Origin: Candidatus Binatia bacterium | Lineage (GTDB): Bacteria; Desulfobacterota; Binatia; HRBIN30 | DNA: 64,000 nucleotides | NCBI GenBank assembly: GCA_038245295.1 | Contig: JBBRSP010000012.1 | Coordinates: forward strand, 96,001-160,000 | Direction of reading: 5' to 3' | Part shown: positions 29,685 through 39,514 of the stretch, piece after piece | How the letters are laid out: every line of letters starts with the position of its first letter | How positions within the stretch are numbered: the first letter of the stretch is position 1 | The notes under the pieces: generated by a model | Told to the model about the DNA's origin: nothing | The model's input: only the letters and a program-made list of their open reading frames with translations | Database searches by the model: none | Made by a program: the position numbers and the translations under genes

Positions 29685-30362
29685 ATGCAAATCTCGGTCA
29701 TCATTCCATGCTTGCATGAAGCGCCGGTGCTCGCGGCGACGCTGGAGTCCATCCGCGTTGGGAATGTCGCGGAGATCATCGTCGTCGACGGAGGCAGCAA
29801 CGACGACAGCATCGCCGTCGCCACGCCACTCGCCGATCGTGTCGTGCAAGCACCGCGTGGTCGGGCGCGACAAATGAATCACGGCGCCGCGCTTGCCAGC
29901 GGGGACATCCTGCTCTTCGTACACGCCGACACGCTGCTACCCTCCGACTTCGCGACCAAGATCGCCTCGGCCATGACCACAGACGACGTCGTCGGAGGTC
30001 GGTTCGATGTGCGACTCGAACCTCCGAGCATACTTCTCTCGCTGACAGCTCTACTGCTCAATTGGCGCTCCCGGTGGTCAAAGATCTCGACGGGTGATCA
30101 GTGTATCTTCGTGCGCCGCAGCGCCTTCGAGCGCCTACAGGGCTTCTCCGAGATCCCGCTCATGGAAGATGTCGACTTCACCAAGCGCCTCAAGCGGATA
30201 GGCCGCATCGCGTGCTTGCGCGACAAGGTCGTAACCTCGTCGCGGCGCTGGCGCGCCAAGGGGACGGTGCGCACCATTCTGCTGATGTGGAGTCTACGCT
30301 TTCTCTATTTCGTCGGAGTTCCGGCCGACCGGCTGGCGCGCGTCTACGCAAACGTGCGTTGA
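29685..30362 (+). CDS. GT2 glycosyltransferase, TIGR04283-like
   Basis: SVIIP, VDGGS.D, GRARQMN.GA, FVHADT, GDQ.IFVRR, PLMED, TSSRRW. Confidence 0.9.
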   Translation: MQISVIIPCLHEAPVLAATLESIRVGNVAEIIVVDGGSNDDSIAVATPLADRVVQAPRGRARQMNHGAALASGDILLFVHADTLLPSDFATKIASAMTTDDVVGGRFDVRLEPPSILLSLTALLLNWRSRWSKISTGDQCIFVRRSAFERLQGFSEIPLMEDVDFTKRLKRIGRIACLRDKVVTSSRRWRAKGTVRTILLMWSLRFLYFVGVPADRLARVYANVR

Positions 30363-30414
30363 ACCGGTGCGCACAGCAACGACGAGGCCTGAGGCGAAGG
30401 CCATCGGGAAATGA

Positions 30415-31449
30415 CTAAGCGTAAGTGACCGTCTCCGCAGCACGACGCCCGGCACGCGTGACTTCGCCGATCAGGTACGCCGCTTCACGACGGCGCTTCA
30501 TGGTCGCAAGGACCGTGTCGAGATCACGTTCCGCCACCACCATCGCGAGCCCAATGCCCATGTTGAACGTGCGATACATCTCCGCCGTGGCCACCGGCCC
30601 ACTACGCTGCAGCACGTCAAAAATCGCCGGCACCGGCCAACTGCCGCGGCGCACCACGGCGCTGCACCCTTTCGGAAAGGCGCGCGTGAGATTCCCCGTG
30701 ATGCCACCGCCAGTGATGTGAGCCATGCCCTTCACGATGCCGCGAGGTAGGCCTCGTAGCGCTTTGACATAGATGCGGGTTGGACGCAGCAACTCCTCCC
30801 CAAGCGCCACGTCGAAACCGGGGAGTCGCTTACCGAGCGACAGCTTCTGCTTTTCCAGAAGCAGATGGCGCACCAGGGAGAATCCGTTGCTGTGGAGCCC
30901 GGAAGACGGCAGGCCGAGAATTAAGTCGCCCGGTACGATGCGTTTTCCATCGATCACCTGTTGGCGTTCGACAACTCCGACCGTGAAGCCGGCCAGATCA
31001 TACTCCCCGGGCGTAAAGGCTCCCGGATGCTCGGCAGTCTCGCCGCCGATCAACGCACAACCGGCTTGCCGACAGCCTTCGGCAATCCCGTCGAGCACGG
31101 AGGCGAGGACCTTGGGCTGGACGCGATCCGTAACGATATAGTCGAGGAACGCCACGGGCTCGGCGCCGAGCGTCAGGATGTCATTGACGTTCATCGCCAC
31201 GAGGTCGATGCCGACCGTGTCGTGGCGCCGCAGCGCGAAGGCGATTTTAAGCTTGGTGCCAACGCCATCGGTCGCCGTGACGATCAGAGGATTCTTGTAG
31301 CCCTTCGGCACACTGAACAGCGCCCCGAAGCCACCTACCCCTGCCACCACTTCCGGCCGTCGCGTCGTCTTCGCAGCGCGCTTGGCAGCCTCGGTTACTC
31401 GATCTCCGGCGGCGATGCTGACACCGGCCTTTGCGTACGTCACTGTCAT
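30415..31449 (-). CDS. purM: phosphoribosylformylglycinamidine cyclo-ligase
   Basis: TY..AGV, TDGVGTKL, GIDLVAM.VND, GGETAE.PG, SSGLHSNGFSLVR, HITGGG, RTFNMGIG. Confidence 0.97.
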   Translation of the reverse strand: MTVTYAKAGVSIAAGDRVTEAAKRAAKTTRRPEVVAGVGGFGALFSVPKGYKNPLIVTATDGVGTKLKIAFALRRHDTVGIDLVAMNVNDILTLGAEPVAFLDYIVTDRVQPKVLASVLDGIAEGCRQAGCALIGGETAEHPGAFTPGEYDLAGFTVGVVERQQVIDGKRIVPGDLILGLPSSGLHSNGFSLVRHLLLEKQKLSLGKRLPGFDVALGEELLRPTRIYVKALRGLPRGIVKGMAHITGGGITGNLTRAFPKGCSAVVRRGSWPVPAIFDVLQRSGPVATAEMYRTFNMGIGLAMVVAERDLDTVLATMKRRREAAYLIGEVTRAGRRAAETVTYA

Positions 31450-31533
31450 CGGTTCTCACTCCAACTTTGAAGCCATGTCGATGCTGCGAACAGCCCCGCC
31501 GACGCCGTACAAGCCCATCGATTCACACACGTA

Positions 31534-33177
31534 CTAATTGGGAACGTGGTTGTCCTCGTCGGCGTATGCCGCACATTTCTCGGGATCGGGCGGCAGCGAA
31601 TAACCCAGCCGACGCGCCGCTTTGAACGTCGTGCACATGACATGATCGCCGATGGTCGGGCTGACGTTGAACAGCGCATTGTCGTTGTCCGGTGCGGCCG
31701 CCGCAACTTGTTCGTAGCCTTCCTGTGGGGCGATCAAGTAACCCAGTTGATCGTTCGCCAAGCCGAACACGAAGTGCTTTTGCGCCTGCACACGGTCGCG
31801 TAGCTCGAAAAAGATCGCCGGATAACCCTCGCCCGGGATTGCCAGGAAGAACAGATCGCCAATTCGCAGCGTCGAGGTGAGGGTGCCGACGTGGAAGGTA
31901 TCACCCTGTGTCTCTACCCATGGGGGCGAACCGTTGCGTCCGACCAGGCCGAGCAGGATGCTCGCATCGAGGAATCGGTTGTTGTAGGTGTCGCGTAGGA
32001 AGAGCTGGGCGGCGTCGAGTTTGGTTCCTGTCACCGGCTCCAACGATTGCATCGCCGTTTGAACCTTGGCGGCGATCTTCGTCCCATAGTCTTCGAGCTT
32101 CCCCAGATTGCCTTCCCCTTCGGCGCGACTCGGCTGGATACGGCCGATGTCCGCAACCATGATCAATGCCGAGCCGATCCCCAATCGGTCTTCCATCTTC
32201 GCCGATACCACCGCCGGCCAGTCACCAGAGATCAGCAAGTTGTCCGCCCCCATCACCGTCGAATGGGCCGCGTAGTTGATCATCATCGTCTGCACCTTGG
32301 ACGCGTCGTCCGGATCCGACGCTACCAAGACGCGCAACTCGCCGTCCACCGCGTCGTTCGGTGCGTCAAATTGGCTGTGCAGATATTCGCTCGCATCAAC
32401 GGCACCGATGCGCAGCTGAGCCGGCTTCAGATCATTCCATGCGTCGAGGATCGCGCCGACCGTTTGATCCTTGATGCGCGTCATATTGGGCACCGTGAGG
32501 CCGCCCCAGACGCCGCTCGTGTCGATACCGGCATGGCTATGGTCCGAGCCGATGACGATATGATCCGCCTGGATGAATCCGCCGGTGGCGCGCTCGACCT
32601 CGCGTCGCACGTCAGACAGCCCGAATGGCCCGCGCTTGTAAGCCGCAAAGGTGCCTTGGGTTTCGTTCTCGGCAAACACGACAGCGTGGGTGCCATCGGA
32701 GATGACCATGGCGCGCACAAAGATTGGGGCCAGAACACCGGTCGACTTGCGCCCGGGGCCCAGTCCGTAGCCGCCCAGGAAGACGTTACCTGGCGGCGTG
32801 ATGTCGCGCTTACCTGAACCCACATAGAGGCCGGTCGAAGACGGCGGCAGCGTTGGACGCGGTGATGGAATGGCCGTCGCTGTTGCACTCAGCGTCGAGG
32901 CGGCTCTGGGTGTTTCGGTCGCCGGGATCGCGGTTGCGGTAACGCTCACTGTGGCCGTCGCCTTCGGTGTTTGGGTGGGAGGAATTACCGTCTGCGTCGA
33001 GCTTGGTAGCGCCGTGTGGGCGAGCGTCGGAAGCGCAGAGCGGGTCGCGGTAGGACGCGGCGCCGGTGTCGATGTCTTGGCCAGGGGCGTATCGTCTTGG
33101 GGACCACAACCAGCCAACGCGTTGACCAGTAGGGTGGCCGCGAGGGACGTCGCCAATTTGATAAACCCAGAACGCAT
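31534..33177 (-). CDS. neutral/alkaline ceramidase-like lipoprotein with Thr/Pro stalk
   Basis: Lipobox LAGC; DITPP..V.LGGYG, P..VRA.V, SDHSHAG, NYAAH.T, S.DWP, PGE, GLAND.LGY. Confidence 0.8.
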   Translation of the reverse strand: MRSGFIKLATSLAATLLVNALAGCGPQDDTPLAKTSTPAPRPTATRSALPTLAHTALPSSTQTVIPPTQTPKATATVSVTATAIPATETPRAASTLSATATAIPSPRPTLPPSSTGLYVGSGKRDITPPGNVFLGGYGLGPGRKSTGVLAPIFVRAMVISDGTHAVVFAENETQGTFAAYKRGPFGLSDVRREVERATGGFIQADHIVIGSDHSHAGIDTSGVWGGLTVPNMTRIKDQTVGAILDAWNDLKPAQLRIGAVDASEYLHSQFDAPNDAVDGELRVLVASDPDDASKVQTMMINYAAHSTVMGADNLLISGDWPAVVSAKMEDRLGIGSALIMVADIGRIQPSRAEGEGNLGKLEDYGTKIAAKVQTAMQSLEPVTGTKLDAAQLFLRDTYNNRFLDASILLGLVGRNGSPPWVETQGDTFHVGTLTSTLRIGDLFFLAIPGEGYPAIFFELRDRVQAQKHFVFGLANDQLGYLIAPQEGYEQVAAAAPDNDNALFNVSPTIGDHVMCTTFKAARRLGYSLPPDPEKCAAYADEDNHVPN

Positions 33178-33327
33178 ATGTTGCCTCCGACTAAGAATTA
33201 CGACTCGATACCAAGCACCGGGCCGGAAGCCAAACCCCGGCGGCAGCGCGAGCCGGACACCTAGACGGGAACACGGCCGCGCGGAAGGCCGCTTGTGTGG
33301 CTCGCGTCGCCCTCCTATCGTCGCGGC

Positions 33328-33750
33328 GTGGAGCCAACCCCATCAACCGCTCTGATCCTCTACGACGGCGTCTGCGGTTTTTGTGACCGCTTCGTCCAAT
33401 GGCTCATGCAAATCGATCGTCGACAGCAATTCCGCTACGCCCCACTCCAAGGCGTGACCGCCGCTACGGTCCGCCAGCGTCATCCCGAAATGCCCACCGA
33501 CCTGGACAGTGTCGTGCTGGTTGAATCCGACGGCGAGGCAGAGCGAGTGCTCTGGCATGCGAGCGCCGCGCTACGCATTCTCGAGCTGGCCGGAATCGAG
33601 TCGGCCGCGGTGCGGTGGGCGAAACGATTGCCACGCCCCGTTCTCGACCTAGCCTACCGCAGCTTCGCAGCGCTGCGTTACCGCATGTTCGGAAAATTAA
33701 AAGAGTGTCGCGTGCCTAGCCCGGCCGAACGCACCCTGTTCCTGCCTTGA
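33328..33750 (+). CDS. DCC1-like thiol-disulfide oxidoreductase (DUF393)
   Basis: LYDGVCGFC, F.YAPLQG, DSVVL, Y..FA..RYR.FGK...C..P; GTG 33328 start inferred. Confidence 0.88.
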   Translation: MEPTPSTALILYDGVCGFCDRFVQWLMQIDRRQQFRYAPLQGVTAATVRQRHPEMPTDLDSVVLVESDGEAERVLWHASAALRILELAGIESAAVRWAKRLPRPVLDLAYRSFAALRYRMFGKLKECRVPSPAERTLFLP

Positions 33751-33772
33751 TCCGAATCAGCGAGCGCGTTGT

Positions 33773-34627
33773 TCAACGTGCCAGCGACAACACGGCGGAT
33801 TGGCGAGTCATTGCCTCATCCGCCTCGCGTCCGCGGCGCCAGGGCACCAAGACGACGCGATGCACCCCCCCCTCTTCATAACGAGCGACATCGTCTGGAC
33901 TCAGGCTCGGCACGCCGCAGCTCACGGTGATCTCGAAACCGGCGACACGGCGACCCTGAGCAGCGAGATGCTCGTGCAACTTGCGCACTTGCACCGTGGC
34001 GCTTTCGGGAGAATGGCCGACACCGTACCAACCATCGCCGAGAGCGGCGGCCCGTTTGAGCGCCGCGTCGGATTCACCGCCAAAGATGAACGGCGGATGC
34101 GGCTTCTGCACCGGCTTGGGTTCGAACTTGACCGGACCGAAGTTGAAAAACTTACCGTGAAACTCCGTATCATCCTGCGTCCACAACGCCTTCATGGCGC
34201 GCACACACTCGCGCGTGCGCGCCGCCCGCGTATCGAACGCAATGCCAACCGCCTCAAACTCTTCGGCCAACCAACCGGCACCGATGCCGAAGGCGAGACG
34301 TCCCTGCGACAAGACATCCAATGTCATCGCCAGACGCGCCGACTCGATCGGATGGCGCAGCGGCAAAATATAGATATTCGTGCCCAGACGAATCCGTGAA
34401 GTCCGTGCCGCGATGTGCGCCAGCAGGAGGAGTGGATCGAGTAAGGGAGTCGCCGGATTGATCGGCGGCACACCATCCTTGGCATACGGGTAAGTACTGC
34501 GGATCGTGCTGGGAAAAACCAGATGCTCCGGCACCCAAACCGATTCGTAGCCCAGTTCCTCAGCGCGCTGAGCCGCACCGGACATGCGTTCCGGGCGCAA
34601 CATGAAGAGCGCAATGCCAACCTTCAC
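33773..34627 (-). CDS. LLM-class (probably F420-dependent) oxidoreductase, TIGR03619-like
   Basis: AEELGYESVWVPEH..P....S.YPY, LDVLS.GR..FGIGAGW..EEF, PKPVQKP.PP..GG. Confidence 0.9.
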   Translation of the reverse strand: MKVGIALFMLRPERMSGAAQRAEELGYESVWVPEHLVFPSTIRSTYPYAKDGVPPINPATPLLDPLLLLAHIAARTSRIRLGTNIYILPLRHPIESARLAMTLDVLSQGRLAFGIGAGWLAEEFEAVGIAFDTRAARTRECVRAMKALWTQDDTEFHGKFFNFGPVKFEPKPVQKPHPPFIFGGESDAALKRAAALGDGWYGVGHSPESATVQVRKLHEHLAAQGRRVAGFEITVSCGVPSLSPDDVARYEEGGVHRVVLVPWRRGREADEAMTRQSAVLSLAR

Positions 34628-34855
34628 GAGAGCGCTCCAACAAGGACTACTCTACGGCCCAACGGCGATACGCACGTCATCCTGCAACCCCTTTGCCGAG
34701 AAACGTCATCCCGCTTTGTAGACTGGCCCACAACGCATGGTCAAATTTCAGGCGCTTTTCTTCCTCACCCGCCGCAGTGGTCCAATGAGCAGCTGAGCCA
34801 GCCGCGGCTCAGGCGACGCGGCGGCGGCGTGGCGTAGGGCGGTGGCCAGTGTGTC

Positions 34856-35439
34856 TCAACTGACTGGATGCCGTGCGAGTTTCTTCAAACGTTCAACGCC
34901 AATCGGTTCTTCAGCCTGCAACGGCACGACAGCCCACCGCTTGGCATGCAGTGTCGTGACCGCTTCAATCTGGCCAAGTTCATTTGATGCACGTTGGCGC
35001 ATTAGTGCCGACGTTGGATTTGCCATCGCCAAGCTGTTGTTAATGATCCAGGCCCACGGCTCAATATTGGCACGGCGGAGGTCGCTTTGCAGACTGGCAG
35101 CCTCAAGCACCGGTGTGTTTTCAGCCAAGGTAACGATCAGGACTTTGGTTTGCTTGGCATCCTGCAACTGCATCATTGGCGTGATGAAATGTATGCCGCT
35201 TGGAGCCAATTGGCGCGCTGTTTCGCGGTGATACGCGCCAGTCGCATCGAGCAACAGAAGGGTATGACCGGTTGGTGCGGTATCCATCACAACAAATTTC
35301 TTTCCTGCCTCGCGGATGATCCGTGAAAAGGCTTGGAATACTGCAATTTCGTCGGTGCAGGGTGAGCGTAAATCTTCTTCCAGGAGAGCTTTACCCTGTG
35401 CATCCAAATCCTTGCCTTTGGTTTCCATGACATGCTGCG
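34856..35439 (-). pseudogene. arsA: arsA 3' fragment (downstream of IS21 insertion)
   Basis: QHVMETKG..LLEEDLRSPCTDEIAVF, VVMDTAPTGHTLLLLDATG, TPVLEAA.LQ.DLRRA.IEPWAWIINNS. Confidence 0.93.
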
Positions 35440-35632
35440 TGTTGGTTCTCACGAGCATGGGACCTCCGTTTCTCACGAGGATGCCCCCCTCGAGTTCGCG
35501 TGACGTGGGGTAGTGACTTCCAGCTGATCTCCTCCTCGGTCGCGTCGCTTGCGTAGTACGGTTGGTGACAGATGAAAAGCGGTGGGGCTCGTGATGGGTA
35601 GCGCTGTGGACGCGCGTGGTAGGGCGCTGCAT

Positions 35633-35731
35633 GGGTTATCCACAGCGGGGCATTCCGTTCTCGGCGCGCCCACCGACCGGGGCCTTTCAAACGGCCCCTG
35701 GGGCGCGCCGAGGCCCCGCTGTGGGTAACCC
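35633..35731. repeat. nested inverted repeats (long hairpin) in IS21 3' non-coding region
   Basis: 35633-35650/35714-35731 (18 bp, 1 G-T), 35660-35671/35701-35712 (12 bp perfect), 35679-35684/35693-35698 (6 bp). Confidence 0.85.
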
Positions 35732-35764
35732 GGACGCGAGGTTGGCGCGTAGGTTTGCGGCGCT

Positions 35765-36541
35765 TCATGTCGCGGATCGACCGTTGGGTTGGAAAGCTGG
35801 CTTCTGACGTTGGCGATAGGACTCGCCGTCGATTACCAAATCGTAGGAGTTGCCGGTGAAGCGGTCGATTGCCGATTGAGCCCGCACGGGATCGGCGAAG
35901 GTCGCCATCCATTCGTCAGGGCCGCGATTGGAAGTGACAATCATCGAGCCGCGGCGGTGGCGCTCGGTCATGATCTCGTAGATGTCGCGACTCTCCTCGG
36001 CGTTCATGGCGTCGATGCCGAAGTCGTCGAGGATAAACAGATCCACGCTGATGCGTTTGCGCAGCTCGGCTTCGTGCGAGCGATCGAGCCTGGCGTGACG
36101 TAGTGTCTTGAGCAGGTGGTCGGCGCGCTCGGTCAGCACACTGAAGCGGCGACGGCAGGCGATGTGGCCGAGCGCGTGAGCCACAAAGGTTTTGCCGACA
36201 CCGACGGGGCCGACGATGGTGACATGGGCGTGCGCTTCGAGGAAGCGCAGGGACACGAGCTCGTTGAGCAGCTGCTGATCGTACTCGACCTTGGCGCTGG
36301 CATCCCAGTTCTCCAATCGCATGCCGGGATCGAGGTGCGCCTTGGCCACCCTCAGATTGACCGAGACGCTGTCGCGGCGTGCGACTTCATCGGCCAGCAC
36401 CAGCAGAAAGAAGTCCTGGTGAGCCGTCTTTTGCTGACGCGCCAGAGCCAATCGTTCGGGTAGCGTCGTCAGCATCGGACTGAGCCTGAGTCGGCGCAGC
36501 ACATCCTTGAGATCGGGATGAATCGAATCGGTGGTGCTCAT
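35765..36541 (-). CDS. istB: IS21 helper ATPase IstB
   Basis: GPVGVGKT, FILDDFG, ERH..GS.IVTSNR...EW...F.D...A.SAIDR; ATGA coupling with istA. Confidence 0.95.
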   Translation of the reverse strand: MSTTDSIHPDLKDVLRRLRLSPMLTTLPERLALARQQKTAHQDFFLLVLADEVARRDSVSVNLRVAKAHLDPGMRLENWDASAKVEYDQQLLNELVSLRFLEAHAHVTIVGPVGVGKTFVAHALGHIACRRRFSVLTERADHLLKTLRHARLDRSHEAELRKRISVDLFILDDFGIDAMNAEESRDIYEIMTERHRRGSMIVTSNRGPDEWMATFADPVRAQSAIDRFTGNSYDLVIDGESYRQRQKPAFQPNGRSAT

Positions 36542-38112
36542 TCCACCCCTCCTTTGGCGCAGGGTTGGCTCCCGGTATGCGGTTCGCGAAACAGGCAATA
36601 CTGCCGGGGATCGCGCAGGTAACGAGCTGGCGGTAGATCCCGCTCGGCACTCGGCGGCGTAGCCGGTGGTGGGTCGTTGAGCATTTTCTGCAAGCGGTGG
36701 AGATTGAGCATCTGGTGCTCAAGCGCCACCACGCAGGTCGCCTCGACGCGCGCTTCTCCGTAACGGCGGACCAGGCTGAGCAGCTGGTAGACCCGTCGCA
36801 TGCGGGCCCAGGGTAACGGTCCTTCGAGTACGGCGGCAGCGAAGCGGCCAACGGCAGGGCCGCACAGCGCCGCTTGTTGCTGCAAGAAGGCGATGTCACG
36901 CATCGCGTACGGGCGCTTGTGCTCGGGGTAGTCGCTCGGATCGGTGCTGCGCTCTCCGGGCTGTTTGCGTGGATGGGTCTTGATCAGCTCGGCGCGGTAA
37001 TAGAAGCGCACGAGCGAACGGTCGGCGCGAGCCTGGACATAGGAACCGATCCAGCGCGTTGGCAGCGAGTAGAGTGCCTTGGCGACCTGGGCGTAGTGAT
37101 CACGGGCGACCTTCGGATCGCACCAGATCGGAATGTCGTACGGCTCACTTGGCGCCGGCTTGAGAAGAGGTGCTTCGGCGTTATCGAAGTGCTCGCGTGG
37201 CAGGCGGTGGGTGGTTGAGTGGCGGCGCATCCCGTATTCCATCTTCGACCAGTACACCGCCCGCGCCGCCGCCTGCCCGAGATCGATGAGTTTCTCGCCT
37301 CCGAAGCAATCGTCACGAACGTCACGCACGCTGCGTTCGACGCGCGGCTTGTCGGTTGGGGTCCGGGCGCGCGTCGCGTCGATGAAGAAGCCACCTGCCT
37401 GCGAGTATTCGAGAAACGTGCGGTTGATCGTTGGCTCCAACGGATCGGCCCGCTGCACGATCGCCTTGGTGTTATCCACCACCAGCACGTTGAAGATCCC
37501 GCCGTAAAACTCCCAGGCGGCTTCGCAGGCTCGGATCGCATCCTCGGTTTGTTCGCGCAGGCTGACAAACACGAAGCGGTAGCGCGACACGTTCGGGGTG
37601 AAAATGAAGGCCCGGAAACGGCGCCGCTTCCCGCCTGGCTCCAGGTAGGCCATCCATCCGGTGTCCATCTCCAGCTCCTGCCCAGGCTCACCGTCGACGA
37701 CTCGCACGGTGGCTGCCTGTTGGCCAAACCCAAGCTCTTGGACCGCAAAGCGGTGCAGAGTCGGGTACGGCACCACCACGCCCTGGCGCTGCAGCAACCG
37801 CCGGCACTTGGTGAGCCGTACGTGGTCCTTGAGCCACTGCTCGATTGTTGCACGGTGGCTCTGGCACCGAGCCCAGGCTTCTCCTTGCTCGCGCGCCGGC
37901 GGCGCCTTGAGCGCCACCAGCATCGCCGCCAGACGCTCGTCGTCGAGCACCTCGCCCGGCTTGAAGCCCACCTGCTCGGCCTGCCTGACGTACCGACGTA
38001 CGGTCTTCACGTCGAGCCCGAGCTGGGCCGCGATACGCTTCTTGCCAGCCCTGGCCAGCCAAAGTCGTAGGACCTCTTTCACTTCGATCATCGTGACCTC
38101 CCGATACGACAT
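36538..38112 (-). CDS. istA: IS21 DDE transposase IstA
   Basis: N-terminal HTH (IA..LGLD.KTVRRY), PGQELEMD, VVDNTKA, P.DKPRVER; GGAGG RBS before ATG 38112. Confidence 0.95.
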   Translation of the reverse strand: MSYREVTMIEVKEVLRLWLARAGKKRIAAQLGLDVKTVRRYVRQAEQVGFKPGEVLDDERLAAMLVALKAPPAREQGEAWARCQSHRATIEQWLKDHVRLTKCRRLLQRQGVVVPYPTLHRFAVQELGFGQQAATVRVVDGEPGQELEMDTGWMAYLEPGGKRRRFRAFIFTPNVSRYRFVFVSLREQTEDAIRACEAAWEFYGGIFNVLVVDNTKAIVQRADPLEPTINRTFLEYSQAGGFFIDATRARTPTDKPRVERSVRDVRDDCFGGEKLIDLGQAAARAVYWSKMEYGMRRHSTTHRLPREHFDNAEAPLLKPAPSEPYDIPIWCDPKVARDHYAQVAKALYSLPTRWIGSYVQARADRSLVRFYYRAELIKTHPRKQPGERSTDPSDYPEHKRPYAMRDIAFLQQQAALCGPAVGRFAAAVLEGPLPWARMRRVYQLLSLVRRYGEARVEATCVVALEHQMLNLHRLQKMLNDPPPATPPSAERDLPPARYLRDPRQYCLFREPHTGSQPCAKGGVE

Positions 38113-38174
38113 CCAGCCTCCTCCATCCGGCATCTTGCCGGCGTCGGAGGGCTTTACCGTTCGGTCACGCGAGA

Positions 38175-38294
38175 GGGGGGAATGCTTCTGAGAAACTCCG
38201 CCCAACCGGGGGGAATGCTCGTGAGAAACTTACCCCTCAGAGGGGGGAATGCTCGTGAGAATAAATCGCTTCAGGGGTCCCATGCTCATGAGAA
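38175..38294. repeat. four subterminal 20-bp transposase-binding repeats of IS21 left end
   Basis: GGGGGGAATGCT..TGAGAA-type units at 38175, 38208, 38242, 38275 (period 33-34); two inverted copies at the other end (~35446-35489). Confidence 0.9.
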
Positions 38295-38300
38295 TCTATA

Positions 38301-39490
38301 TGCTGGCGGTAACGTTCGGTTTCGACGTGTGGCTCAATGCGACTCACTGTCAGGTTATCAAGGGAGCCTTCCAGCGTTTCGGCGAGATGCGCAGCGGGAT
38401 CGGAGGTAGTGAGGTGGACCGGATATCCACGGCTGGCCAACTCGACAGCTACGGCGGCGGCAATCGTTGTTTTGCCGACACCGCCTTTGCCCATCAACAT
38501 GAACAGGCCGTGCCCTTCGCCCACGAGGCTATCAACCAGCGTGGCGAGATCGGGAGCTTGCAGTTTTGGCAACGTCACGACGGCTCCCTGCGGCACAACT
38601 CCTCCCTCAGCCAGAAGTTGGCGTAGGGCAGGCAGACCCACCAAATTGAATGATTTTAGCGAGACATGATCGATAGGCAGAGTGCGCAGCGCATCAGGCA
38701 TAGCGGCCAGCGCGGCCTGTTCCCTTCGCCATACGGCCAATGCCAATGCATCACCTTTGGTATTGGCTTCGCCCAGTACCCCGTTAACCACCAGATACTG
38801 CTGTTTGAGTCCAATCGCGGACAATTCTTCGTGGGTGCGATTGGCTTCGCGCAGAGACGAGGCTTGGGCCCGGGTAACGAGGATCAACCGCGTGCGGTTA
38901 GGATCGGACAAGGCATCCACCGCAGATTCGTACTGTTCTCGTTGTTTTTCCAATCCAGCAAGCGGGCCGAGGCAGGACGCATCGCCCTTGCCTTCATCCA
39001 GAAAACCGCTCCACGCCCCAGGTAATTGCAACAGCCGAATAGTATGCCCCGTCGGTGCCGTGTCGAAGATGACGTGGTCGTAATCTCTGAGTATTGCCGC
39101 ATCGGCCAGCAGTGCGGTGAATTCATCGAAGGCGGCAATCTCCGTCGTGCAAGCGCCCGACAGTTGTTCTTCGATGCCCTTGACCACGTTTTCGGGCAGA
39201 ACTCCGCGAACTGGCCCGACAATCTTGTCGCGGTAGATCTGCGCGGCAGCTTGTGGGTCGATTTCTAAGCCGGACAATCTCGGAACCGACTCGAACGGCG
39301 TGATCTTGTTGCCGATGGCAATCCCGAATACTTGTCCAACATTCGAGGCGGGATCAGTGCTGACGAGAAGCACATGTTTCCCTGCATCAGCAAGTTGAAC
39401 GGATGCGGCGCATGCCAATGAAGTTTTGCCAACTCCACCCTTCCCGGTAAAGAAGAGAAAGTTCGGGAGTTGGTCGAGAAACTTCATCAT
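38301..39490 (-). pseudogene. arsA: arsA 5' fragment (arsenite-stimulated ATPase, interrupted)
   Basis: FFTGKGGVGKTS, STDPASN, EQLSGACT.EI, FDTAPTGHT, CLGP, second MGKGGVGKTT; homology stops at ...ERYRQH. Confidence 0.95.
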
Positions 39491-39514
39491 GTTCGATTCC
39501 TTCGTGAGAATGGA

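Larger units (their letters stand above)
35440..38300 (-). mobile_element. IS21-family insertion sequence (2861 bp) inserted in arsA
   Basis: Ends TGTTGGTTCTCACGAGCATGGGACC and (minus strand) TATAGATTCTCATGAGCATGGGACC; multiple subterminal repeats; istA+istB; flanks TGCTGCG / TGCTGGC. Confidence 0.95.

Noticed and set aside
29685..30362. Arsenosugar pathway link between the TIGR04283-like GT and the ars islet
   Set aside because: No arsM, arsS radical SAM or partner GT in the window; separated by core genes; the islet appears foreign
33773..34627. LLM gene as the missing luciferase for the luxCE-like pair
   Set aside because: 16 kb away and carries F420-dependent TIGR03619-type motifs, not LuxA/B; no support for bioluminescence
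34630..34855. attR duplication of the tRNA-Gly 3' end
   Set aside because: Searched by eye; no match to the tRNA 3' sequence found
35440..35632. N-terminal extension of the 258-aa ORF as a re-start for ArsA domain 2
   Set aside because: Extension is read from IS non-coding DNA without a clear RBS; the fragment lacks its P-loop
38175..38294. Regularly spaced 20-bp repeats resembling a mini CRISPR array
   Set aside because: Spacers are only 13-14 nt, the same repeat occurs inverted at the other IS end, and no cas genes are present: these are IS21 subterminal repeats
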